A stretch of 32,000 nt of DNA, taken from positions 1 through 32,000 of the forward strand of contig JBBACA010000001.1 of the NCBI GenBank assembly GCA_041657325.1. Direction: 5' to 3'. This DNA is from Minisyncoccota bacterium. Its GTDB lineage: Bacteria > Patescibacteriota > Minisyncoccia > Minisyncoccales > Minisyncoccaceae. Made by a program: the position numbers and the translations under genes. The notes beneath the pieces are model-generated. The model saw nothing but the letters and a program-made list of their open reading frames with translations, ran no database searches and was not told where the DNA came from. Shown here in pieces: positions 1 to 8,442 of this stretch (the first letter of the stretch is position 1; every line of letters starts with the position of its first letter).

Positions 1-2
1 TG

Positions 3-698
3 CCGATGTCTTGTATCGGAGACAAAACCAGAATGATTTTGAAAAACGATATTAAAAGTCGTTTGATTAATCTTGATCCGGAAAAGAATTACGAAAAAAA
101 TTATGCTTCTTTGATAGATATTTATTTAAAAGAAACAACCGTTACCTCCACACATCCTTTGACGATAATGTTTGCGGTCGGAGGAGCGGGAGCACAAAAA
201 AATATCGGTATTAAACTTTTAACCAGTTTTAAAAAAGATATTGAAAAGAATGAAGCTAAAATAGTGTTGGTTGCCGGAACAAAGTTGAAAATTAAGCAGT
301 ATTTTGAAGAAGAGATAAAAAATCTACAAATGGAGAAGCTTAAAAACATAGAGATTGTCTATGCCGATAACTTCAATGATTATTTCGATGCTTTTAATAA
401 AGCCTTAAGTAAGGCGGATATTCTTTGGACTAAGCCTTCGGAACTTTCTTTTTATACCGCTTTAGGCGTACCGATAGTTATTGCTCCAACCATCGGTTCT
501 CAGGAAGATTTTAACAAAGAATGGTTAATAACGAGCGGTTTCGGTGCCGAACAAGGAAATGTGGATTATTCTCATGAATGGATTTCCGATTGGTTGCGTA
601 ACGGACATTTTGCCGAAATGGCGATGGAGGGATTTGTAAAAGAAGAACAACTAGGCGCTTTAAATATTAAAAAAATAGTTTTTGGAGAAAAGGAATAG
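3..698 (+). CDS. Glycosyltransferase, GT28 / MGDG-synthase-like C-terminal half (5' end outside window)
   Basis: The frame is open to the window edge. FAVGGAGAQ and ADILWTKPSELSFYTALGVPIVIAPTIGSQEDFN resemble the nucleotide-sugar-binding half of UgtP/MurG-type glycosyltransferases. The call rests on motif recollection only. Confidence 0.5.
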   Translation, partial: PMSCIGDKTRMILKNDIKSRLINLDPEKNYEKNYASLIDIYLKETTVTSTHPLTIMFAVGGAGAQKNIGIKLLTSFKKDIEKNEAKIVLVAGTKLKIKQYFEEEIKNLQMEKLKNIEIVYADNFNDYFDAFNKALSKADILWTKPSELSFYTALGVPIVIAPTIGSQEDFNKEWLITSGFGAEQGNVDYSHEWISDWLRNGHFAEMAMEGFVKEEQLGALNIKKIVFGEKE

Positions 699-723
699 CG
701 ATTTTAGGTCATTAACTACGGTT

Positions 724-2280
724 ATGAACATACGGGAAGAAATTAAGAGTAGTGTCTTAAAATCAATCAAAGCCCTTGATTATAAAGGTGATTTTTCAGT
801 TAAAGTATTGCGAACTCAGAAATCATCTCTCGGAGATTACGTTATCGGTGTTGCGATGGAGATAGGGAAGAAAGAAGATAAGGATCCGATGGAAATAGCC
901 GAGAAGATTAAAGACAATATTAAAGGCAAATATTTTGAAAAGATTGAAGTTATAAATCCGGGATTTATTAACTTTTTTATTTCCAAAGAATATTATTTAA
1001 AAGAGATTACCGAAGCTTTGAAAAAAGGAAACAAGTTTGGGCAGTTTCCAAAAAAGAAAGAAAAAATTCAAATTGAGTTTATTTCGGCTAACCCTGTTGG
1101 CCCTTTAACTCCGAGTCAGGGAAGAGAAGGTGTTTTTGGTGACGTCTTATCCAATGTTTTTAAAAAATACGGGTTTAATGTTAAAAAATCATACCATCTT
1201 GATGACCAGGGAAAATCAATTTTGGCTCTTGGACATTCGGTTTTAAAAGATGACGAATCTGAATATGCCGGCGATTATATTGATAAGCTGCATAAAAGTA
1301 TAAAAAGCAAAGATCCTTATGTTGTCGGCAAGAAAGCAGCTAAGATTATTATGCAAAAAATAATCAAAAAGACGATTAAAAGATTGAAGATTAAATTTGA
1401 TGAATGGCCGACGGAAAGTGTTGTATCTAAAGCCAAAGAAGTTGATAAGGCAATCCATCTTTTAAGAGAGGAAGGGTTGATTTATGAACAGGAGGGGGAA
1501 GAGTGGTTCATGTCAACGGCCATGGGAGACGAGAGAGATAGAATGATTATCAAAAGCGATGGGAAGATTAGACCTCTGTTAAATGATATTGCTTATCATA
1601 AATACAAGTTCGAGAAAAAGAAGTTTGATAGAATTATTGATATCAAGCCGATAGATTATTCCTCTGATCTTCCGGGTTTAATAGCCGGAGTCGAGGCAAT
1701 GCTGCATATCAATAAATTACAGGCTGTTCTTTTGCAGTTCGTTGTTTTAGTTGAAGAAGGAAAGACGGTCCGTATGTCAAAGAAGGGAGGAGAGTTTATT
1801 GTTTTAGATGATTTATTAGATGAATTATCAGTTGATGTTATCCGTTTTTTCTTTTTAATGAAATCAGCCGATACTTATCTGAACTTTGATTTGGATTTAG
1901 CTAAAGATCTTTCTGAAAACAATCCGGTTTTTTATGTTCAGAATGCTTATGCAAAGATTTCATATATTCTCAAGAGTTTTAAAAATATACTGGGAATCAG
2001 GAAGATTAAAAATATTGAACTTTTGAATAGTAAAAGAGAAATAGAATTGATTAAGCAGATTTTGAGATTTTCAGAGATTATTGAAGACACGGTTAATGAT
2101 TACGAGGTACAGAGAATTCCTCAATATGCGATTAATCTGGTAAATTATTTTTACAAGTTTTATTCTCACTGTTATGTTTCGAATAAAAACAAGGAAAGAA
2201 GGGAAGCTCAACTGAATTTAATTAGTATGACCAAGGCTGTTCTTAAAAATACATTAGATTTAATGGGAATTTCGGCATAG
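724..2280 (+). CDS. Arginyl-tRNA synthetase paralog with degenerate catalytic motifs
   Basis: 518 aa counted from ATG 724 (MNIREE), which aligns with the start of the copy at 13908. The two are collinear over the full length, including the DALR-type C-terminal domain. The HIGH position reads TPSQ (1108-1119). The WGADH block reads KPIDY. YVQYAHAR reads YVQNAYAK. The terminal PEQM is absent. The ORF is intact. Confidence 0.75.
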   Translation: MNIREEIKSSVLKSIKALDYKGDFSVKVLRTQKSSLGDYVIGVAMEIGKKEDKDPMEIAEKIKDNIKGKYFEKIEVINPGFINFFISKEYYLKEITEALKKGNKFGQFPKKKEKIQIEFISANPVGPLTPSQGREGVFGDVLSNVFKKYGFNVKKSYHLDDQGKSILALGHSVLKDDESEYAGDYIDKLHKSIKSKDPYVVGKKAAKIIMQKIIKKTIKRLKIKFDEWPTESVVSKAKEVDKAIHLLREEGLIYEQEGEEWFMSTAMGDERDRMIIKSDGKIRPLLNDIAYHKYKFEKKKFDRIIDIKPIDYSSDLPGLIAGVEAMLHINKLQAVLLQFVVLVEEGKTVRMSKKGGEFIVLDDLLDELSVDVIRFFFLMKSADTYLNFDLDLAKDLSENNPVFYVQNAYAKISYILKSFKNILGIRKIKNIELLNSKREIELIKQILRFSEIIEDTVNDYEVQRIPQYAINLVNYFYKFYSHCYVSNKNKERREAQLNLISMTKAVLKNTLDLMGISA

Positions 2281-2302
2281 AGAAGGCTATGGGAATTGTA
2301 AG

Positions 2303-2326
2303 ACACCGCTTAAACGGTGTTTTTTG
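2303..2326 (+). terminator. Rho-independent terminator after the ArgRS paralog
   Basis: ACACCG (2303-2308) pairs with CGGTGT (2315-2320) across a 6-nt loop and is followed by TTTTT. Confidence 0.6.
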
Positions 2327-2390
2327 AATAAAGAATAAAACTTGCTAATTGTTAGCATTATTTTCTAATTCTCAGCTGGGGATAATAATT

Positions 2391-2419
2391 TTGCTATGCC
2401 TGCGAGCGAAGGGTAGTAT
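2391..2419 (+). promoter_or_regulatory. Possible sigma70-type promoter of the lipid operon
   Basis: TTGCTA (2391-2396), a 17-nt spacer, then TAGTAT (2414-2419), about 35 nt upstream of ATG 2454. A second TTGCTA lies inside the palindrome GCTAA-TTG-TTAGC (2344-2356) and could be an operator. Confidence 0.3.
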
Positions 2420-2453
2420 TAATTAGTAATCTGTAAGAGATTGTTTTTTATTT

Positions 2454-3587
2454 ATGAAGCAAAAGATGTATATCAAAGGAGTGGGAATGACCAAATTCGA
2501 TTATTCTCAGAAATATTGGTGGCAATTCGCCTACGATGCAGCTATTGAAGCCTTAAAGGATGCAAAAACAGGGATATCCGAGATAGATGCGATTGTTTTC
2601 ACCGGAATGTCGAGTGCGGCTGGCGGAGAGCATCAGACACACAAAGTGTCTTTTCTTTCAGGTTTGTTTAAAACAAACGTTCCGATTATTGAAGTTCCTT
2701 CGGTTTGCGGAGGAGGAGGCGTGGCTTTGTGGACAGCTTTGCATTTAGAAGGCTTTAAAAACATTCTTGTTTTAGCCGGAGAGAAATTGGTTGATAATAA
2801 AAGCGAGGTTGTGGTTGATTATATCTTGTCAGCAGCAGAGAGAGTGATGGAGCAGACCGAAGGAATGCTTTTTCCGGTTCAGAATGCTTTAATCTGGCAG
2901 CAATATATGAAGAAATACGGAGGCAGTATGGACGATTTGTCTTTAATTGCTTTTAAGAATCATACTAATGCCGCTTTAAATCCCAATGCTTATTTTTATA
3001 ACCGTCCGATGGATTTGGAAAAGATAAAGAATTCTCCAGTTGTTTCGTCACCTTTGCGTTTGATGGATTGTTCGCTTTCAATTAACGGTGGAGCGGCAGC
3101 GGTTGTTTCAACTGAAACGACAGACATTGAGATTATCGGTTCCGGTTTTGCAACCGACTACATCTTAACTTTTGAAAGAGATGATATTACTCATTTTAAA
3201 GCAACTAAATTAGCAGCTGAAGCGGCATATGCTCAAGCGGGAATAACTCCGAAAGATATTAATATTGCCGAAGTTCACGATGCTTTTACCTCAGTTGAAT
3301 TGATTTCCTATGAAGATTTGGGATTTGCCGAAGAAGGCAAGGGAGGGGAATTAATCAGATCGGGGAAAATTAATCTTAAAGGAGAAATGCCGATTAATAC
3401 TTCGGGCGGATTAAAAGCCAAGGGTCATCCTATCTCCGCCACTGGCTTGGCTCAGGTGTTTGAAATAGTTAATCAGTTGAGGGGTAAATGTGGAGAGCGT
3501 CAGGTTTCGAATCCGAAGATAGGATTAACGCATAATATCGGAGGAGCGGGAGGAAGCGTTACAGTTCATATATTTAAAAAAATATAA
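2454..3587 (+). CDS. Thiolase-superfamily condensing enzyme (SCP-x / archaeal-type thiolase-like)
   Basis: Nucleophile context VPSVCGGGG (Cys85). EVHDAFT at 3276-3287. NTSGGLKAKGHPISATG. C-terminal HNIGGAGGS. Length 377 aa. The next gene is a DUF35-type partner. Confidence 0.8.
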   Translation: MKQKMYIKGVGMTKFDYSQKYWWQFAYDAAIEALKDAKTGISEIDAIVFTGMSSAAGGEHQTHKVSFLSGLFKTNVPIIEVPSVCGGGGVALWTALHLEGFKNILVLAGEKLVDNKSEVVVDYILSAAERVMEQTEGMLFPVQNALIWQQYMKKYGGSMDDLSLIAFKNHTNAALNPNAYFYNRPMDLEKIKNSPVVSSPLRLMDCSLSINGGAAAVVSTETTDIEIIGSGFATDYILTFERDDITHFKATKLAAEAAYAQAGITPKDINIAEVHDAFTSVELISYEDLGFAEEGKGGELIRSGKINLKGEMPINTSGGLKAKGHPISATGLAQVFEIVNQLRGKCGERQVSNPKIGLTHNIGGAGGSVTVHIFKKI

Positions 3588-3588
3588 T

Positions 3589-4605
3589 ATGGTTTTTTAT
3601 CAATGTTCAAAATGCAAAAAGATTTGGCAGCAATCAATCGGGGTTTGTCCGGAATGTTTTTCCGAATTGGAAAAGGTAAAAACTAACAAAACTAAAGTGA
3701 TAGGAATTTCTAAGGTAAGTATTCCATCTCTTCCTCATCCTGAAGTTCCGTACTTTGCTTTGGTTTTGGAAGATGAATTAGGAAACAAGTGGGCCCATAA
3801 ATCGATTAAAGAATATGTTGTTGGAGAAGAAATCAATTTTACTACTAATGAAAATTCGGTGGCGGTCTGGAGAACAAAATACGATATTATTGATTCGATT
3901 GAAAAAGTATTCAGCTTATTAAATATATCTTTAAATGAAAATTCAAAGATTGTTATCTTGCCGACTTTAGTTTCTCCTAATCAATCTTATTTCAGAGACA
4001 ATACCTCTCCCGAGTTTCTCGAGGCGGTGATTAAATTTCTTTTTGAGAAGAAGATTAAGTTGGAGAATATTAAAATAGCGACTCAGAGTTTTGATGAAGT
4101 TTCAATTGAAGGTATGGCTCAGAAGTCAGGCTTGCTCGATGTTTGTTTGAAAAATAAAATAATGCCGGTGGATTTATCAAAATTGAATTTTGTTAAAAAG
4201 GGCAGTTTAGAAATAGCAGAAGATATTTTAAATGCTGATATGATCTTGAATTTATCAATGATGAAGATAGGGAGGGCTAGTGCTTCAGAAAACATATATA
4301 GAGTATTAAAGAAAGAAAACTTTGCTGCTTTGAAATATCTGCAATCAGAAGAGGATATTGTGAATGAATTAAAGAATAACTTAACAAACACAATTACCTT
4401 AGGAGAAGCTGATTTCGTTCAGAAACAGAATAAAACCATTGTTTATCCCGGTTTAATCTTAGGTAGCAAGAGCTTCCTTAATTTAGACAGAGTTTTTAAC
4501 GAGATAGTTGCGAGCGATCTGCCAGAGATTTTAAAAGGAGTCGAGATTCAAAATATTAAAATAACAGGTAGAGATATTAAAGAAGTAAAACTTATTAATA
4601 ATTAA
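3589..4605 (+). CDS. DUF35-like (Zn-ribbon + OB fold) protein fused to a DUF362-like domain
   Basis: The N-terminus CSKC..x..CPEC is a zinc ribbon, followed by an OB-like segment (KVIGISKVSIP..PYFALVLEDELGNKW). The C-terminal ~220 aa (VILPTLVSPNQSYFRDNTSPEFLEAVIKFL .. ADMILNLSMMK) follows the KPNLV..THPEVV..K pattern I associate with DUF362. Confidence 0.6.
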   Translation: MVFYQCSKCKKIWQQSIGVCPECFSELEKVKTNKTKVIGISKVSIPSLPHPEVPYFALVLEDELGNKWAHKSIKEYVVGEEINFTTNENSVAVWRTKYDIIDSIEKVFSLLNISLNENSKIVILPTLVSPNQSYFRDNTSPEFLEAVIKFLFEKKIKLENIKIATQSFDEVSIEGMAQKSGLLDVCLKNKIMPVDLSKLNFVKKGSLEIAEDILNADMILNLSMMKIGRASASENIYRVLKKENFAALKYLQSEEDIVNELKNNLTNTITLGEADFVQKQNKTIVYPGLILGSKSFLNLDRVFNEIVASDLPEILKGVEIQNIKITGRDIKEVKLINN

Positions 4606-4614
4606 ATTAAAAAT

Positions 4615-5340
4615 ATGTTTAAAGACAAAGTTGTTTTAATAACCGGTTCTTCTCAGGGGATAGGCAGGGTGATGGCATTAAAGTTTGCTTCACTGGGAGC
4701 TAAGGTTGCTTTAAATGATATTCCTTCGCAGGAAGAAAATTTAAAAAAGGTAGCAGCAGAAATAAACGGCAAATATTATTTAGCAGATGTTTCTAAAATG
4801 GACCAGGTTGAAAATATGATGAATAAAATTGCTGAAGAATTGGGCGGGTTAAATGTTTTAGTTAATAATGCTGGCATAACTCAGGACAGGACTTTAGCCA
4901 AAATGACGGTTGAAGAATGGCAGCGAGTAATCGACATTAATTTAACCGGAGTTTTTAATTGCACTAAAGCCGGTTTGACTTTCCTTATCCCTAATCAAGG
5001 GAATATCGTGAATGTTTCATCGATTGTCGGACAAAGAGGTAATTTCGGACAATCTAATTATTCGGCTTCAAAAGCAGGAATCATCGGCTTTACCAAATCG
5101 GTTTCCAAAGAAGTAGGAAGATTTAATGTTCGAGTTAATGCTGTCGCTCCTGGCTTTATTGAAACTAAAATGGCCGAGGCTATTCCCGAAGAATTAAAAG
5201 TCATGGTCAGAAAGCTAACTTCATTGGGCAGATTCGGCAAGCCGGAGGAAGTTGCTGCAACGGTAGCCTTCTTAGCTTCTACTGAAGCCAGCTTTATCAC
5301 CGGTGAAGTAATAAATATTGATGGCGGTTTATCCTTATAA
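4615..5340 (+). CDS. fabG: 3-oxoacyl-(ACP/CoA) reductase, classical SDR
   Basis: TGSSQGIGR cofactor motif, NNAG, and the catalytic YSASKAG. Length 241 aa. Confidence 0.85.
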   Translation: MFKDKVVLITGSSQGIGRVMALKFASLGAKVALNDIPSQEENLKKVAAEINGKYYLADVSKMDQVENMMNKIAEELGGLNVLVNNAGITQDRTLAKMTVEEWQRVIDINLTGVFNCTKAGLTFLIPNQGNIVNVSSIVGQRGNFGQSNYSASKAGIIGFTKSVSKEVGRFNVRVNAVAPGFIETKMAEAIPEELKVMVRKLTSLGRFGKPEEVAATVAFLASTEASFITGEVINIDGGLSL

Positions 5341-5341
5341 T

Positions 5342-6847
5342 ATGCTTTATTCTAAAGAACAAATTAAACAAATAATACCGTATGCCGATCCCTTCTTGTG
5401 GGTGGATGAAATTGAATCAATTGAAAACGATACGATTATCGGTTTTAAGCAAACAAATTCTACGGATGAATACTTCAAAGGACACTTTGTTGATTTTCCC
5501 ATTATGCCTGGAGTTTTGGTGGTTGAGGGAATTGCTCAGACCGGAACTTTATTATTAAGAGAGAAAATAGGGAAAGATCATCAGAAAAAGCATCTTTTAG
5601 CTTATCAGGTGAGAAGCGCCTTGTTCTATGACCCTATCTGGCCAGGAGATAAAATCAAATACAAAGTTAAACTTCTCGGAATTTATAATAATAAGATTGC
5701 TAACTTTTTAGGGGAAGCATTTGTTGATGACACCAGAAAATGTGAAGTGAGATTCAGTGTGGCGATTATGGATAAGACAGAGATGGAAGAAAAGAAATTA
5801 TCAGCCAATAAAGAAAATAAAGATCATTCAATAAAGATGTTTAAATTGCCTAATTTGAAAATAGGAAACATCTTTTCTAAATTACCCATTATCCAGGGCG
5901 GAATGGCGGTTCGGGTTTCTTTGCACAAATTAGCTGGTAATGTTGCGAAAGAAGGAGGAGTAGGAATTATTGCTGTGTCGGGAATGAAAGATGTAGAAGA
6001 AGTTAAAAGTGAAATCAGAAAGGCGAGAGAGATTTCTGGGCACAATGGAGCTATTGGAATAAATATTATGGGAGTGGTGGGAAGATTTAAAGAATTAGTT
6101 AAAGCTGCCGTAGAAGAGAAGATAGATTTGATTATCCAGGGAGCCGGTTTTAGAAAAGACATTTTTGATATTGCTAAAGAAGGTAATGTACCGGTTTTTG
6201 CCATTGCTTCTTCAGCTAAAGTGGCAAAGAGAGCAGAAGATTCCGGAGCAACCGCCGTTGTTATTGAAGGAAGTGATGCCGGAGGTCATTTGGGATTTCC
6301 CGAAGGACATCCTTTCAGACATGCGATAGATATTGTGAGAGAAGTGGTTAAAGAAGTTAAGATTCCAGTGATTGCAGCCGGAGGAGTTTTTAACGGAAAA
6401 GATATTGTGGAAATGCTTCGGGCAGGGGCTTCGGGCGTACAAATGGCAACTCGCTTTGTGGCAACCGAAGAATGCGATGCCGATTTGAAATTCAAAGAAG
6501 CATATTTGAAAGCTAAAGAAGAAGATATTGTGATTATTCATTCTCCGGTCGGATTGCCTGGTCGGGCGATTAAAACTTCTTTTGTTAATAAATTATTAAA
6601 TAACAATGCTCCCAAAGTTAATATTATTGAATGCGAAGGATGTATCGGTCCGGTTTGCGATAAGAGTTATTGTATTTTAAAAGCCTTGGAGAATGCCAGA
6701 AAAGGAGATTTGGAAAACGGATTAGTTTTTGCCGGGGCTAATGCCTGGAGGATTAACAAGATTGTGAAAGTTAAAGATTTATTAAAAGAACTGGTAGATG
6801 AAGCAGAACAAATATTAATCAAAGATCCTTTAATCAGAAATATATAA
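5342..6847 (+). CDS. FabZ-like hot-dog dehydratase fused to FabK/NMO-type enoyl reductase
   Basis: Start placed at ATG 5342, 2 nt after the fabG stop. The N-terminal region (PFLWVDEI .. GHFVDFPIMPGVLVVEGIAQ) is FabZ-like. PIIQGGMAVRVS .. DAGGHLG .. GASGVQMATRF marks an FMN TIM-barrel of the FabK/nitronate-monooxygenase type. A CX2CX4CX4C motif lies at 6632-6673. Confidence 0.75.
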   Translation: MLYSKEQIKQIIPYADPFLWVDEIESIENDTIIGFKQTNSTDEYFKGHFVDFPIMPGVLVVEGIAQTGTLLLREKIGKDHQKKHLLAYQVRSALFYDPIWPGDKIKYKVKLLGIYNNKIANFLGEAFVDDTRKCEVRFSVAIMDKTEMEEKKLSANKENKDHSIKMFKLPNLKIGNIFSKLPIIQGGMAVRVSLHKLAGNVAKEGGVGIIAVSGMKDVEEVKSEIRKAREISGHNGAIGINIMGVVGRFKELVKAAVEEKIDLIIQGAGFRKDIFDIAKEGNVPVFAIASSAKVAKRAEDSGATAVVIEGSDAGGHLGFPEGHPFRHAIDIVREVVKEVKIPVIAAGGVFNGKDIVEMLRAGASGVQMATRFVATEECDADLKFKEAYLKAKEEDIVIIHSPVGLPGRAIKTSFVNKLLNNNAPKVNIIECEGCIGPVCDKSYCILKALENARKGDLENGLVFAGANAWRINKIVKVKDLLKELVDEAEQILIKDPLIRNI

Positions 6848-6848
6848 T

Positions 6849-7790
6849 ATGTTTGAAAATAATAAATTAACAAAGCTTTTACATATTCAGTATCCGATTA
6901 TCCAGGGCGGAATGGCTGGAGTTTCAGAACATGTTTTAACGGCTGCTGTTTCTAATGCCGGAGGATTGGGAATAATCGGTTCCGGCTTTGCTTCACCTTC
7001 ATGGTTGGAAGAAGAAATTAAGAAGACCAAAGAAATGACTGACAAGCCGTTCGGAGTAAATTTATTAATGCAAAATCCTAATATTGCTGATTTAGTTAAA
7101 GTTATCATTAAAGAAAGGGTTCCGGTTGTTTTTACCGGGGGAGGAAATCCTTTGCCTATCCTTCCTTATCTAAAACAATCGGGGATTAAAGTCATTGCGG
7201 TTGTTCCTTCGGTCAGATTGGCTTCCAAGATGGAGCAGAATGGAATTGATGGAGTGGTGGTTGAAGGAATGGAATCAGGCGGACATATCGGAGAAAATTC
7301 AACTTTCTGTTTAGTTCCTCAGGCTAGAAAGGTGGTGAAGAATATTCCTTTAATTGCGGCCGGTGGAATATTTGACGGAGCAACTTTTGCTGCGGCGATA
7401 GTCTTAGGAGCTGACGGAGTTCAAATCGGAACCAGATTCATGGCTTCGACCGAATGTCAGATTCATGAAAACTACAAGCAGGCTATTATTAATGCGACCG
7501 ATGAAGATATTACCGTTGTGGCTAGGTTCACCGGTCATCCGATTCGGGCCATTAAAAACAAGCTTTCGGAAACAATCAAGAAGATGGAAGAAAAGAGTCC
7601 TTTCCCGGAAGAATTGAATTCAGAAAGATTTGCTGGGAATAAAGGTTCGGCCAATATCGATTTAACTCCTTTATTATGCGGTATTTGTGCCGGAGGAATA
7701 GACGAAATTAAAAGTTGTAAAGAGATTGTCGATGAGATTATTGATGACGCTAAGAAAGCGATAAAGGAAAGCGAACATTTCTATGAATAA
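6849..7790 (+). CDS. fabK: Second FabK/NMO-type enoyl reductase
   Basis: YPIIQGGMAGVS, ESGGHIG and GADGVQIGTRF. Length 313 aa. The start lies 2 nt after the previous stop. Confidence 0.7.
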   Translation: MFENNKLTKLLHIQYPIIQGGMAGVSEHVLTAAVSNAGGLGIIGSGFASPSWLEEEIKKTKEMTDKPFGVNLLMQNPNIADLVKVIIKERVPVVFTGGGNPLPILPYLKQSGIKVIAVVPSVRLASKMEQNGIDGVVVEGMESGGHIGENSTFCLVPQARKVVKNIPLIAAGGIFDGATFAAAIVLGADGVQIGTRFMASTECQIHENYKQAIINATDEDITVVARFTGHPIRAIKNKLSETIKKMEEKSPFPEELNSERFAGNKGSANIDLTPLLCGICAGGIDEIKSCKEIVDEIIDDAKKAIKESEHFYE

Positions 7791-8442
7791 AATACTTTCA
7801 ACAATATTAAGAATTACCTTGGCTCCTTTAATCGGTTTATTATTTATTAAAGAAGTGAAAGGGAAGGATAATTTTCCAGATCGAAATGTGATTTTAGCTT
7901 CCAATCATCAGAGTTATTTGGATATTCTTCTTTGCGGATATATTTGTGTACCTAGAAAGTATACTCATATCGGACAGGTAGACAGAGAGAATAAAGGATG
8001 GAGCGGTTTCCGTGATTTTATTTATTCCTTAGGCGAAGTTATTCCGGTAAACAGAAAAGATGAAAATTCAAAAAAGTTAGCTTTTGAGAGAGCTATAGAA
8101 TTTTTAAATAAAAGATATTCATTGGTTATCTATCCTGAAGGAACCAGAACCAGGACCGGAGAAGTTGGAAAAGGAAAATGGGGAGTGGCAAAGTTTTTTC
8201 TTGAAACAGGAGTGCCGATTTTGCCTTTGGGAATCAGAGGAGCATTTGAATTGTTTCCTCCGGGAGAAAAACCGAAAGTTAAAAAGAACATCAGATTGAA
8301 TATTGGTCAGCCACTTTTCTTTAAAGAAGAATTAGAATTGGTTAAAGGAATGAGTCGTGATTCAAAAGAGTATGAAGATGTCTGTATTAAGATTACAGAA
8401 AAAGTAATGGAAGAAATTAAAAAGCTAACCTATGAAGATTAA
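7783..8442 (+). CDS. plsC: 1-acyl-sn-glycerol-3-phosphate acyltransferase family
   Basis: NHQSYLD (HX4D motif) and YPEGTRTR (motif III). Hydrophobic N-terminus. Overlaps the upstream gene by 8 nt. Confidence 0.75.
   Translation: MNKILSTILRITLAPLIGLLFIKEVKGKDNFPDRNVILASNHQSYLDILLCGYICVPRKYTHIGQVDRENKGWSGFRDFIYSLGEVIPVNRKDENSKKLAFERAIEFLNKRYSLVIYPEGTRTRTGEVGKGKWGVAKFFLETGVPILPLGIRGAFELFPPGEKPKVKKNIRLNIGQPLFFKEELELVKGMSRDSKEYEDVCIKITEKVMEEIKKLTYED

Noticed and set aside
724-2280. Treating the degenerate ArgRS copy as a plain pseudogene or as an antibiotic self-resistance duplicate.
   Set aside because: 518 codons remain open with a dedicated terminator, which argues against neutral decay. Loss of the catalytic motifs argues against a resistant but active synthetase.
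2418-2432. A 15-mer, ATTAATTAGTAATCT, shared between 2418-2432 and 29142-29156, both upstream of operons.
   Set aside because: At this AT content, a few exact 14-15-mers are expected by chance in 32 kb (rough estimate of order one to several). There is no flanking similarity.
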